Assembly: GCA_045545475.1 (NCBI GenBank) | Contig: JAZQAZ010000008.1 | Span: 32,001 to 96,000 of the forward strand | Length of the DNA: 64,000 bases | Source: Clostridia bacterium | Lineage (GTDB): Bacteria; Bacillota; Clostridia; CAKSNL01; HGM11501 | Direction: 5' to 3' | Part shown: piece by piece, positions 47,190-56,665 of the stretch | Numbering within the stretch: the stretch's first letter is position 1 | Layout: each line of letters starts with the position of its first letter | Made by a program: the position numbers and the translations under genes | The notes under the pieces: model-generated | The model's database searches: none | What the model saw: the letters and a program-made list of their open reading frames with translations, nothing else | Told to the model about the DNA's origin: nothing

Positions 47190-47985
47190 AATATGTCTTT
47201 TTATGCTGCATAGGCGAAAGCCCGCCTTGCTTTTTGAAAGCAACCGTGAAATAGTGCTGGCTTGAATAATTCAATATATCACTTATTTCCGCCATACTTT
47301 TACCTTCGTTTATAAGCTCGATTGCCTTTAGGTATCTTAAGCTGTTATAATATTTTTTAACGCTTATTCCCGAATATTTTTTGAAAGTCTTTTTAAGGTT
47401 TGAAAGGCTCATTCCGCAGTGCTTTGCAATTTCTTCGGAGGATAGGTTGTCGTAAACAGCTTCATTTAAAAACTTAACTATAAGCTTATAGTTTTCAGTT
47501 GTTGTGGTTTTTATATGCTTATTAAATGGCGTCTGTGTTTCAAGAAGCGTAAGTAACAATTCTTCTGTTTTAATTGCGGCAAGCTGCTTTTTTAACGGCA
47601 TATCGAATTTTGTGCCGTCTTCATAGGCATTAAGTGCAGCTTTAATAAGATCATGTTCTTTAATCCCAACCTTGAAAACGCCGTTTGTAAGGACGTTATA
47701 AATATTTTCATCGCCTGTCATGGAAAATGACATTATTATAATAAGGGGATCGGTACCCTTGGCAGAGCGTATACTGTGAAATTCCATAGGGGAATAGAAA
47801 ATCATTTCGCCCGAATTCAATTCGTAAATTCTGTCCTCTTCAAACACATCCATAGTGCCTTCGATGACATATAAAAATTCCCAAAAATCATGTCTTTCAC
47901 CCGTAAAAATAAAGGAACTGTCATATCTGTGCTCAAAGCCTGAGTAGAAGGAATTGATATTTACTGTTTTTGTAACGCTGAACAT
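47188..47985 (-). CDS. AraC-family regulator (cupin sensor domain)
   Basis: FTGERHDFWEFLYV..EFH; C-terminal LNYSSQHYFTVAFKKQGGLSP; ATG at 47985 after ggagg. Confidence 0.88.
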   Translation of the reverse strand: MFSVTKTVNINSFYSGFEHRYDSSFIFTGERHDFWEFLYVIEGTMDVFEEDRIYELNSGEMIFYSPMEFHSIRSAKGTDPLIIIMSFSMTGDENIYNVLTNGVFKVGIKEHDLIKAALNAYEDGTKFDMPLKKQLAAIKTEELLLTLLETQTPFNKHIKTTTTENYKLIVKFLNEAVYDNLSSEEIAKHCGMSLSNLKKTFKKYSGISVKKYYNSLRYLKAIELINEGKSMAEISDILNYSSQHYFTVAFKKQGGLSPMQHKKTY

Positions 47986-48108
47986 AACGCCTCCGTAAGT
48001 ATCTAAAATAATAAAAAATATATCTTTTATTGCATTGTTTTTTACTTTTTGATATAGTATTATTAATTTATCATATAATTTAAATAAAGTCAAGAAAGGA
48101 TTTTGATT

Positions 48109-49119
48109 ATGCTTAAATACGGTTTAATCGGTATGGGCGGGCTTGGAAAGCTCCACCTTTCAAATCTTGACAAGATAGGAAAAGAACGAGGTGACATTTG
48201 CCTTAAGGCAATCTGCGGTGCAACGAAAGAGGATTTGAAAAAAAGCGTAGGTCTTAATATCGGAACGGTTGATGTATCAAAAGTAAATGTTGACGACTGC
48301 AATTTCTACCAGGATTATAAGGAGCTTTTTGAAAACGAAGAGCTTGATTTTGTGGTGGCGGCAATTCCCACATACCTTCACAAGGAAATTGCTGTTTATG
48401 CTCTTGAACACGGTGTAAGCATCCTTTCTGAAAAGCCCATGGCGTTAACGCTCGATGGCTGTGACAGAATGATTGAAGCGGCAGAAAAAAGCGGAAAGCA
48501 TTTAATGATTGGCCATTGCATGCGTTTTTATTCGACCTATGCAAAGCTTAAGGAGCTTGTTGAATCGGGAATTTACGGAAAGGTTTACAGGGCAGAATTT
48601 ACAAGATATTCTCAGATGCCGAAGTGGACCTGGAACAACTGGATACTGGATCCCGAAATGAGCGGCGGATGCCCCCTTGATTTGCACGTTCACGATGTTG
48701 ATATGATGAACTATCTTTTCGGGTCGCCCAAGTCGCTGTTTTCTACGGCAACAAATAAAAAAGTGGAGCTTGAAAGCATATTTACTCAGTATTATTACGA
48801 GGACGGAATGGTGGTAATAAGCGGAGCTGATTGGTCACTTCCCGACACATACAGATTTAATGCACAGTGTATGGTGAATTTTGAAAAGGCTGCCGCAGTT
48901 ATTAAAGATGATAAGCTCACCATATATACGGACGATGAGGTAATTACACCCGAGCTTTTAGAAGAAAGCGAATTCGTTTTGGAGCTTAATGCATTTATTG
49001 ATATGGTAAAAACAGGTGAGAAGAGTAAGGTTACTTCTCCTGAATCCATCAGAGAAACGGTAAGAATCATAAAAGCCGAGGTTGAGTCGGCAAAAACAAG
49101 AAAAATAATAGAACTTTAA
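48109..49119 (+). CDS. Gfo/Idh/MocA-family oxidoreductase
   Basis: GLIGMGGLG, PTYLH, SEKPMA, GGCPLDLHVHDVD. Confidence 0.9.
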   Translation: MLKYGLIGMGGLGKLHLSNLDKIGKERGDICLKAICGATKEDLKKSVGLNIGTVDVSKVNVDDCNFYQDYKELFENEELDFVVAAIPTYLHKEIAVYALEHGVSILSEKPMALTLDGCDRMIEAAEKSGKHLMIGHCMRFYSTYAKLKELVESGIYGKVYRAEFTRYSQMPKWTWNNWILDPEMSGGCPLDLHVHDVDMMNYLFGSPKSLFSTATNKKVELESIFTQYYYEDGMVVISGADWSLPDTYRFNAQCMVNFEKAAAVIKDDKLTIYTDDEVITPELLEESEFVLELNAFIDMVKTGEKSKVTSPESIRETVRIIKAEVESAKTRKIIEL

Positions 49120-49154
49120 AATAAGAGCCGAAAGCAAATTTCGGCTCTTATTTT
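49118..49154 (+). terminator. Intrinsic terminator
   Basis: aaaataagagccgaaa-gcaaa-tttcggctcttatttt. Confidence 0.85.
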
Positions 49155-49160
49155 ATAAAA

Positions 49161-49224
49161 GTCAATATTGTTCAAGAAAATGTCAATATTCTATATTGCA
49201 CGGAAGCCGAAATTTTGTTATACT
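49161..49224 (+). promoter_or_regulatory. Promoter with upstream direct repeat (candidate activator site)
   Basis: gtcaatatt at 49161 and 49182 (21-nt period); TTGCAC(49196)-17-TATACT. Confidence 0.55.
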
Positions 49225-49249
49225 TAATTATAGACAAGGGGGAATAAGT

Positions 49250-51997
49250 ATGAAAAAAACATTATCTTTCATTCTGGCAATTATTCTTGTTTTATCATCA
49301 ATGGCATCATCCTTTGCAGCAGATATAACGCTTTTACCGAAGGATGTAGCAGAAACATCAAAAAGCGGTGTTTCTGTATCCGGCGAAAAAATCGCAGGAT
49401 GGAACGAGGACGGATATATCGGCTTTAAGAATGTGGATTTTACCGGTGCAAAATCCGTCAGAATAAAGGCAAGAATCAACTATATGAGAGGAGACAACGG
49501 CGAAGCTTTCGGCGTTTATATTGACGATCCCATAAAGGGTAAGTGCCTCGGCTATATTGTTGTTAATGAGCAGAGGGACGATTTTACCTATTACGGTGTA
49601 AACATTCCCGAAGTTACAGGTAAGCATAACCTTTACATAAAGCAGAACTATACCCATACAAACTATCTTCAGGTGGAAGAAGTTATAGTATCGGCAGATA
49701 CCTGGGTTGACCCTAAGGCTGTTACTCCCGTGCCCGACGAAAAGGTTGTAGATACATATTCCGATACCTGGGTTGCGGTTGACAATGTGGGCCGTCGACT
49801 TGCAGATTATGAAGAAGTTGGAGAAGTAAAGGAAGGCAAGCACGACGTAATTATTTTCTATCATGACTGGCATATTCACGAAACAGAAGCGGTTAATGCT
49901 ATAGATGTAATAAACGCTCATCCTGATGCAAAGGACGATTATTACCATGAAGCGTGGCCGTCAAGTGGCCCCATCTATTGGGGTGAGCCTATTTACGGTT
50001 ATTATACCGGAATGGACTACTGGCATTACAGAAAAGCGGCAGAGTTAATGGCCTCAGCCGGAATTGATGCAGTTTATCTTGACTATACAAACTCCGATGC
50101 CGCATACATAAAGGCTCTTGATGTGATGATGAGAGCATATCATGACGCAAGAGAAGACGGCGTTGATGTTCCGAAAATCGGCGGATATCTTCAAATGGGC
50201 GGAACTCCGGAAAACAAGCTTCGTATGATAAAGGCACTTTATTTCAATCTTTACGAGAATGAGTATTATAAGGATTTGTGGTATTATGTTGACGGAAAAC
50301 CCCTTGTTATCCAGGGAGCACACAAGGAAATAATAAAGGCGGCTAACAGCGAAGATGCAGAAGAAGTAAAGCTTGTAAATGAAATGCTTGACTTTTTCAC
50401 ATTCCGTGCAACTGGAGGCGAAGACAGAGACTATCCCGGAAGAGACAATACATATTGGCATTGGCTTGTTCCGTATCCTCAGCCTGCATTCGGAACAACG
50501 GAATCCGGCAGAGTTGAAATGGTGAATCTCGGTATGGCCATAAACCGTTCATACATAGGCGAAGTTTCAAGCTACTGGATTTTCTCAGGCAAATATGCGA
50601 AAACCAAAAACTATACAGAGGCATTTGGTGACGATTACCGTCCCGAGGCTGTTCACGAAGGCTATTTCTTCCGCGAGCAGGCATCCCGAGTACTTGACCT
50701 TGACCCCGAACACGTAATGGTTGACGGCTGGAACGAATGGAATACTCAGAGAAGCGAAGAGCTTTATGGCTATAAAAACGTATTTATAGACCTTTATGAC
50801 AATGTGGGAAGCCGCGACTTTGAGCCTCACAAGGGCGAGCTTAAGGACGATTATTATATGCTTCTTACAGATTTTATAAGAAAGTATAAGGGCGTACGTC
50901 CCGCACCTGTCGCAAGCACGGATAAGACCATTGATATAAATGGCGACACCTCACAGTGGAATGATGTATCGCCTGAATTTATCAACTATTTCGGAAACTA
51001 TGAAAGAGACGAAGTCGGATACAAAAAGTATAAGTCCAATGAGTTTCACCATTATACAACAGAGGTTGAAAACTCAATTGCGAGTGCAAAAATTGCAAAG
51101 GACAGCGAAAACTTCTATTTCTATGTGCTTTCGGAAGAGAATGTAAAAGAGCACGAAAACGGCTTTATGAATATTTATATAAATGCCGACAGAAACAAGG
51201 CGACAGGCTGGGAAGGCTACGATTATGCAGTAAACGTAAATGGAAAAGGTATAGTTTCCGCATTTAATTCTAATGAATGTTTACTTACAGATATAGGTAC
51301 TGCGGAAATTAATATTACCGGCAAGGCTCTTTTAATTAAGCTTCAGAGAAGTCTTTTAGGAGAAACGGACAAGGCTGATTTTGAGTTTAAGATAACAGAT
51401 AATATAAAGCCGGAAGGCGACCTTATGCTCTTCTATACAGAAGGAAATTCCGCACCCGTAGGAAGATTTAACTACCTCTATACAGAAATTCCCCAGACGG
51501 CACTTACAAAGGAAGAAAGGGCAGCTCTTTCCGATACCACCGTATTAAAGGGCGGAAGTGCAAAAATGATAGTTGACGGCGGAAAAATGTATGTATATGA
51601 CAAGGATACAAGAGTTACCGCATTTTCAGAAAATGGCACGGTTTATGTGCCAATGAATGCCCTTGAGGATATTATGGGCTACGGTGAAACAAAGGTAACC
51701 TACGATTACACCAAGAATGTGGTATACATTAAAACCCACGAGCTTACCGGTAGAGAAATTACGGACTATCAGTGGATTTACACCTACCTTGGCACAAACG
51801 AGGCGAGAGTTGACGGAAAAGTGCAGGCACTTTCCAATCCGGTAAAGGCAGTAAACGGAATAATTTATGTTCCCGTTAGCCTTCTTTCAGAGTGCTTCGG
51901 CTGGGAAGTAATATCACTTGGTGACGGTGCTTTTGCCATAAGTCAGAGAACAGCGGACAGAGAAACTGCCAAGGCTGTACTCGGTCACTTAAATTAA
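49250..51997 (+). CDS. Secreted modular glycoside hydrolase-like protein: CBM6-like domain, GH99/GH71-like barrel, beta-sandwich, copper amine oxidase N-terminal-like domain
   Basis: Signal peptide; YIGFKNVDF..TGKHNLY (CBM6-like); IFYHDWH, YWGEPIYGYY, VDGKPL, DGWNEW; C-terminal VYVPM..NGIIYVPVSLLSECFGWEV. Confidence 0.55.
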   Translation: MKKTLSFILAIILVLSSMASSFAADITLLPKDVAETSKSGVSVSGEKIAGWNEDGYIGFKNVDFTGAKSVRIKARINYMRGDNGEAFGVYIDDPIKGKCLGYIVVNEQRDDFTYYGVNIPEVTGKHNLYIKQNYTHTNYLQVEEVIVSADTWVDPKAVTPVPDEKVVDTYSDTWVAVDNVGRRLADYEEVGEVKEGKHDVIIFYHDWHIHETEAVNAIDVINAHPDAKDDYYHEAWPSSGPIYWGEPIYGYYTGMDYWHYRKAAELMASAGIDAVYLDYTNSDAAYIKALDVMMRAYHDAREDGVDVPKIGGYLQMGGTPENKLRMIKALYFNLYENEYYKDLWYYVDGKPLVIQGAHKEIIKAANSEDAEEVKLVNEMLDFFTFRATGGEDRDYPGRDNTYWHWLVPYPQPAFGTTESGRVEMVNLGMAINRSYIGEVSSYWIFSGKYAKTKNYTEAFGDDYRPEAVHEGYFFREQASRVLDLDPEHVMVDGWNEWNTQRSEELYGYKNVFIDLYDNVGSRDFEPHKGELKDDYYMLLTDFIRKYKGVRPAPVASTDKTIDINGDTSQWNDVSPEFINYFGNYERDEVGYKKYKSNEFHHYTTEVENSIASAKIAKDSENFYFYVLSEENVKEHENGFMNIYINADRNKATGWEGYDYAVNVNGKGIVSAFNSNECLLTDIGTAEINITGKALLIKLQRSLLGETDKADFEFKITDNIKPEGDLMLFYTEGNSAPVGRFNYLYTEIPQTALTKEERAALSDTTVLKGGSAKMIVDGGKMYVYDKDTRVTAFSENGTVYVPMNALEDIMGYGETKVTYDYTKNVVYIKTHELTGREITDYQWIYTYLGTNEARVDGKVQALSNPVKAVNGIIYVPVSLLSECFGWEVISLGDGAFAISQRTADRETAKAVLGHLN

Positions 51998-52010
51998 AGG
52001 AGGGGATAAT

Positions 52011-54479
52011 ATGAAAAAAATATTTTCGGTATTTTTGGCACTTTTAATTGCTGCTGCGTTTATTCCATCCTCCTTTGCTTCAAACTATACCTATCTTGAT
52101 AAGGCAGGCTGGAAGGCAAGTGCAACAAGCACAAATCAAAAATTCACCGCAGATAAAATGATTGACGGCAATTCCGAAAGTTACTGGCATTCTGATTACA
52201 GAAACGAAAACGATATGGATAAACCGCCATTTTACCTTACATTCACTCTTCCTGAAAATGTAACTATCGGCGGATGGCGTTATGTCCCGAGAACAAGTAA
52301 CGCATCGGGAATTGTGACGGCGTATAATATTTATGTGTCGGAGGAAGCCTCCGGAAAAGCATATCTTATCCATACCGGCAGAATGGAAAATTCCTATGAG
52401 ACGAAGGAAGTACCGTTTGATTTTAATGTAACAAATGTAAAAACAGTTATACTTGAAATAACCGAAGGTATGTATAACTACGGAGTAGTTGCAGAATTCG
52501 ACCTTATGGCGTCTGTTTCAGGACAGGCTGATAAATCGATTTCCGAAGCATCACTCGGAAGCACAGTTACAATCGGCAAAGAGGATGAAGATGATACACC
52601 TTTAATTCCTAAAACAGGTTGGAAGGCAACTGCCACAACAACAAACAAAAACTTCACGGCGGATAAGATGATTGACGGAAACCCGGATTCCTACTGGCAC
52701 TCTGACTACAGATCAGAATCAGACATGGATAAACCTCCTTTTTACCTTACATTCAATCTTCCGGAAAAGGTAACGGTTGGCGGCTGGAGATATACACCCA
52801 GAAGCGATAACAGTGCGGGAATAGTGACAGAATATAATCTTTATGCATCGGATGCCGATAGCGGAAAAGCAAGGCTTATTTATTCTGGAAAAATGGCAGG
52901 GGACTTTAAGAAAAAGGTAATTCCCTTCGGTCATAACATATCCGGCATAAAAACGGTTATTTTAGAAATCACAAGCGGTGCATATAACTTCGGTACCTGT
53001 GCGGAGTTTGACCTGCTGGCAGAGCTTCCCGAACAGCAAACGGGAACAATTTCCGATTTTGCAATAGCAAGCAAAACCGTTGAAATAGGAACAAACAAAA
53101 TTGAAGGCTATGCAAGCGACTTTTATGAGGACAAAGCATCCTGGACAATAGTTGCATCTTCTGCACATAAGGGAAGTAAAGCAGAGCGTGTCATTGACGG
53201 TAAAAGGGACACCTACTGGCATACCGATTATACGGATGACGGTGTTGCGACAATACTTACCAAGGTAAACGGCCCTCACTGGTTTGAAATAACTCTTCCC
53301 GAAGCAAGGGAAATTTCGGGCTTTACCTATGTTCCGAGACAGACAAGTCAGAATACAGGTGTGTTTACGGGCTACGAGTTTTACGGAGCTGCTACTGATG
53401 ATGGAGATTGGGTGCTCTTAAAATCAGGCTCCTGGGCAAGCGATACAAGCGATAAAAAAGAAGCTCTGCTCAAAAACGTAAGGGTCAAGAAAGTAAAGCT
53501 TATATCGGACGGTTCGGTTGCTGATTTTGGAACCTGTGCAGAATTTGACTTAAAAATTCCTGATGAGAAATTGGAAACAGAAGAAAATCTTTCTTCCTAT
53601 ACTGAATTTTTTATGGCAAATAAGGTTACGGAAATTGATTTATCGGGTGCAAGTGCAACTGCAACCTCAGAGTGGGTGAACAATCCCGTAAGAAACTTAC
53701 TTGACGGAAATCAGAGGGTTGCATATCACTCAGATCCCGAAGACAAGGATAAATTCCCCGTAGTAATTACTGTTGACCTTGGAGATGTGTATACGGTGTC
53801 TGAAATTGAATACATTCCGAGAATTGACGATACCACAAAGCACGGTATCTGGACAGACTTTGCCGTATGGGCAAGCGTTGACGGGGAGGAATATGTTCCC
53901 GCTCTTGAAAACGGAGCTCTTGAACTTCACCTTAACAATCAGAAAATCAAGTTTGAACAGCCTGTAAAGGGAAGATATTTCGAGTTTGAAGTAAACGAAG
54001 GTTACAGAGGATATGTTACCTGCGGCGACCTTAAGTTTTTTGAAAGAGCCGCTGATACCGACGAGAGAGAAGCTGAAGTAAAGGAAAAATATGTTCTTCA
54101 AATTGGCTCAAACGTAATAAAAACCGAAAAGGATGGAGAAGCAAGCGAGAAGACCATTGATGTTGCCCCCTTCATTGATTCGGGTTATACCCAGATTCCC
54201 TTAAGAGGACTCTTGGAAGAAATGGGAGCGAGTCTTACATGGGACGGTGAAAGACAGAAAATTGACATAATAGGCGACGGCATAAAAATAGAAATGCAGA
54301 TAATGAACGATGCCGTTTACGTTACGAATGACAGACTGGGACGTGTAAGATATACCCTTCAGACACCTCCGCAGATTAAAGATTCAAGAACCTTTGTGCC
54401 ACTTCGTTTCATATCTGAAAACCTTGGCTATAATGTGGCATGGAACGGAGAAACACAGGAAATTACAATTACAAAATAA
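52011..54479 (+). CDS. Secreted protein with four discoidin (F5/8 type C, CBM32-like) domains and a C-terminal copper amine oxidase N-terminal-like domain
   Basis: MIDGNSESYWHS, MIDGNPDSYWHS, VIDGKRDTYWHT, LLDGNQRVAYHS; DVAPFI..IPLRGLLE..SRTFVPLRFISENLGYNVAW. Confidence 0.8.
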   Translation: MKKIFSVFLALLIAAAFIPSSFASNYTYLDKAGWKASATSTNQKFTADKMIDGNSESYWHSDYRNENDMDKPPFYLTFTLPENVTIGGWRYVPRTSNASGIVTAYNIYVSEEASGKAYLIHTGRMENSYETKEVPFDFNVTNVKTVILEITEGMYNYGVVAEFDLMASVSGQADKSISEASLGSTVTIGKEDEDDTPLIPKTGWKATATTTNKNFTADKMIDGNPDSYWHSDYRSESDMDKPPFYLTFNLPEKVTVGGWRYTPRSDNSAGIVTEYNLYASDADSGKARLIYSGKMAGDFKKKVIPFGHNISGIKTVILEITSGAYNFGTCAEFDLLAELPEQQTGTISDFAIASKTVEIGTNKIEGYASDFYEDKASWTIVASSAHKGSKAERVIDGKRDTYWHTDYTDDGVATILTKVNGPHWFEITLPEAREISGFTYVPRQTSQNTGVFTGYEFYGAATDDGDWVLLKSGSWASDTSDKKEALLKNVRVKKVKLISDGSVADFGTCAEFDLKIPDEKLETEENLSSYTEFFMANKVTEIDLSGASATATSEWVNNPVRNLLDGNQRVAYHSDPEDKDKFPVVITVDLGDVYTVSEIEYIPRIDDTTKHGIWTDFAVWASVDGEEYVPALENGALELHLNNQKIKFEQPVKGRYFEFEVNEGYRGYVTCGDLKFFERAADTDEREAEVKEKYVLQIGSNVIKTEKDGEASEKTIDVAPFIDSGYTQIPLRGLLEEMGASLTWDGERQKIDIIGDGIKIEMQIMNDAVYVTNDRLGRVRYTLQTPPQIKDSRTFVPLRFISENLGYNVAWNGETQEITITK
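52107..53020 (+). repeat. Recent duplication of a discoidin domain (510-nt offset)
   Basis: GWKASATSTNQKFTADKMIDG..DMDKPPFYLTF vs GWKATATTTNKNFTADKMIDG..DMDKPPFYLTF. Confidence 0.85.
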
Positions 54480-54510
54480 GAAATTGCAGAGCCAGAGGCT
54501 CTGCAATTTC
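54480..54510. terminator. Bidirectional terminator hairpin
   Basis: gaaattgcagagcc-aga-ggctctgcaatttc between convergent genes. Confidence 0.8.
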
Positions 54511-55329
54511 TCATTTTTTGATGTTCTTTTTATATTTCAATGGAGTTATTCCGTAATGCTTTTTAAATAGTGCGATAAACCAGGAATAATCGGGAAATCC
54601 GCTTTTGTCCGATGCTTCTGTAACCGTTGCTCCTTTTGATAAAAGCTTTGCGGCATTGGCAAGGCGTTGCTTTTTTAAATAGTCCGAAGGGGATATATTA
54701 AGTGTGGTCTTAAAGTGTCTTTCGAGTGTGTTTACACTAACGTTTGCTTCCCTTGAAATTTCTTCAACGGTTTTAATTGTTGAAAAGTTTTTATTTATAT
54801 AATCCACGGTAAATATAACGTCATCGGGATACGCCTCGGCTTTCACTTCAACTTCCGTTGCGTTATCGAGGAAGTGTAAAAGCGAAAAGAAATTTTTATA
54901 TTTCTTGATTTCGGATTTTTCCGGGTAGGTGAGGGCATTACAAAGCGCAAAAAATGCATCTGAATCCGAAGGGGCGATAGTGAGAAGATTGCCTTCTCCT
55001 GCCTTGCGATTATAAAACGTATCTAAAAAGCGTTCGTTGCCTTTCGGGTCAAACCATATACAAAAGTTCCTGTGTAATTTTTCCGAATGGTAAACACAGT
55101 GGTGGTATTCAAAAGGGCGCGATATTATTATATCTCCGGGCTTTACGGGATAGATTTTGTTTTCTGCAATAAAGGAAACATCTCCGCTTAAATTTACATA
55201 AATCTCACACTCATCGTGGATGTGGGAGTGGTTTGTATTTTCGATTGATTCCTTTGTCAGCTCGGAGTAAACCGCTCTTAATGAAAATGCTGAGACGGCA
55301 GGTAAGTTTTCTTCTTTGTATCTTCGCAT
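54511..55329 (-). CDS. AraC-family regulator (cupin sensor domain)
   Basis: HSHIHDECEIYVNLSG..EYHH; SGFPDYSWFIALFKKHYGITPLKYK; RBS gaggtg. Confidence 0.88.
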   Translation of the reverse strand: MRRYKEENLPAVSAFSLRAVYSELTKESIENTNHSHIHDECEIYVNLSGDVSFIAENKIYPVKPGDIIISRPFEYHHCVYHSEKLHRNFCIWFDPKGNERFLDTFYNRKAGEGNLLTIAPSDSDAFFALCNALTYPEKSEIKKYKNFFSLLHFLDNATEVEVKAEAYPDDVIFTVDYINKNFSTIKTVEEISREANVSVNTLERHFKTTLNISPSDYLKKQRLANAAKLLSKGATVTEASDKSGFPDYSWFIALFKKHYGITPLKYKKNIKK

Positions 55330-55505
55330 AAAAACACCTCTTTTGGTGATTATACAATGTTTTGCGGTGAAAAGTCAATATAAACAAAAGAAAATCTGTG
55401 CTATTATCTTTTTCGGAGGTGCTTTTTATGTACTAAGAACCGTATATTTGAGATATTAAAATAGAACAGTCAGGAGAAGATTAAGAGTAAATGGAGTAAA
55501 ATGAT

Positions 55506-56543
55506 ATGAGAGTTAAAATTGATGATATAAGAAACAGAACAATTGCTGCTTTTGAAAAAGTCGGAGTCGGCAATAATGATGCTCGAATTATAACAGATGT
55601 CCTTTTGGAGACAGAAATGAGAGGCGTTTTCACACATGGCTTTATGCGGCTTGAAAGATACATAAACTGTATTAAAAGCGGCGGAATTAAAACGGACGGC
55701 AACTACGAAACAGTATATGACAGTCCTTCGTGGGTTTCTATTGACGGCAAGGATAATTTGGGCATTGTAATTTCATATAAGGCTATGAAACTTGCTATGG
55801 AGAAAGCAAAGCAAACAGGTGTAGGTATTGTCAATGTAAAAGGCAGCCACCACTTTGGTGCAGCCGGATATTATACCTCTATGTGTGCGGATAATAATAT
55901 GGTTGGTATGTCTATGAGCAATGGTGATATACTGATTGCAGCAACGGGCAGCGGAGAAAAAACAATAGGCAACAACCCGTTTTCTTATGCTTTTCCGGCT
56001 AATAAATACGGTAAAATTGTATATGATATTGCAATGAGTTATACCTCTGACAGAAAGGTAGTTCAGATGGACAAGGAGGGCAAAAAGCTTCCTGAAGGCT
56101 GGATTATTGACAGGAATGGAAAAGCTACGACAGACCCGGGCGAATATGAAAAAGGCGGGACACTTCTGCCCTTTGGCGGTTATAAGGGTTATGGACTTGC
56201 GATGATGGTAGAAACATTGGCAGCAACCCTTTCTGGTGCTGCAATGACCAAAAATGTTCACGCATGGAATGAGGATGAAAATTGTGGCGGAAATGTTGGT
56301 CACTTCTTTATGGCACTTGATATATCAAAACTTGGAAACCCGGATGAATACAAAGAACGGGTTGATGAAATGATTGATGAAATTAAGAACTCAAAGAAGG
56401 CAGAAGGCGTTGAAAAAATTTACTATCCCGGTGAAATAGAAACGGGAAAACTGGCACTCTGCAAAGAAACAGGATATGTTGAGATTTTGGACGAAACAAT
56501 GGAGTCTGTTGAAAGAACAGAAAGAGAATTAGGGCTAAGATAA
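55506..56543 (+). CDS. Ldh_2-family (malate/L-lactate/ureidoglycolate dehydrogenase-like) oxidoreductase
   Basis: RGVFTHG, SHHFGAAGYY, IGNNP, DIAMS, LLPFGGYKGYGL, IYYPGE. Confidence 0.88.
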   Translation: MRVKIDDIRNRTIAAFEKVGVGNNDARIITDVLLETEMRGVFTHGFMRLERYINCIKSGGIKTDGNYETVYDSPSWVSIDGKDNLGIVISYKAMKLAMEKAKQTGVGIVNVKGSHHFGAAGYYTSMCADNNMVGMSMSNGDILIAATGSGEKTIGNNPFSYAFPANKYGKIVYDIAMSYTSDRKVVQMDKEGKKLPEGWIIDRNGKATTDPGEYEKGGTLLPFGGYKGYGLAMMVETLAATLSGAAMTKNVHAWNEDENCGGNVGHFFMALDISKLGNPDEYKERVDEMIDEIKNSKKAEGVEKIYYPGEIETGKLALCKETGYVEILDETMESVERTERELGLR

Positions 56544-56665
56544 TACGGAGGGCTGAATGTGATACAAAAGTATGTGGCCAATAAAAGAGGTAAACACAAA
56601 GGATTGGGATATAATGATTAAGAAAAATCCATTAAAAATTCTGGATATTTAGGAGGCGCAATAAA

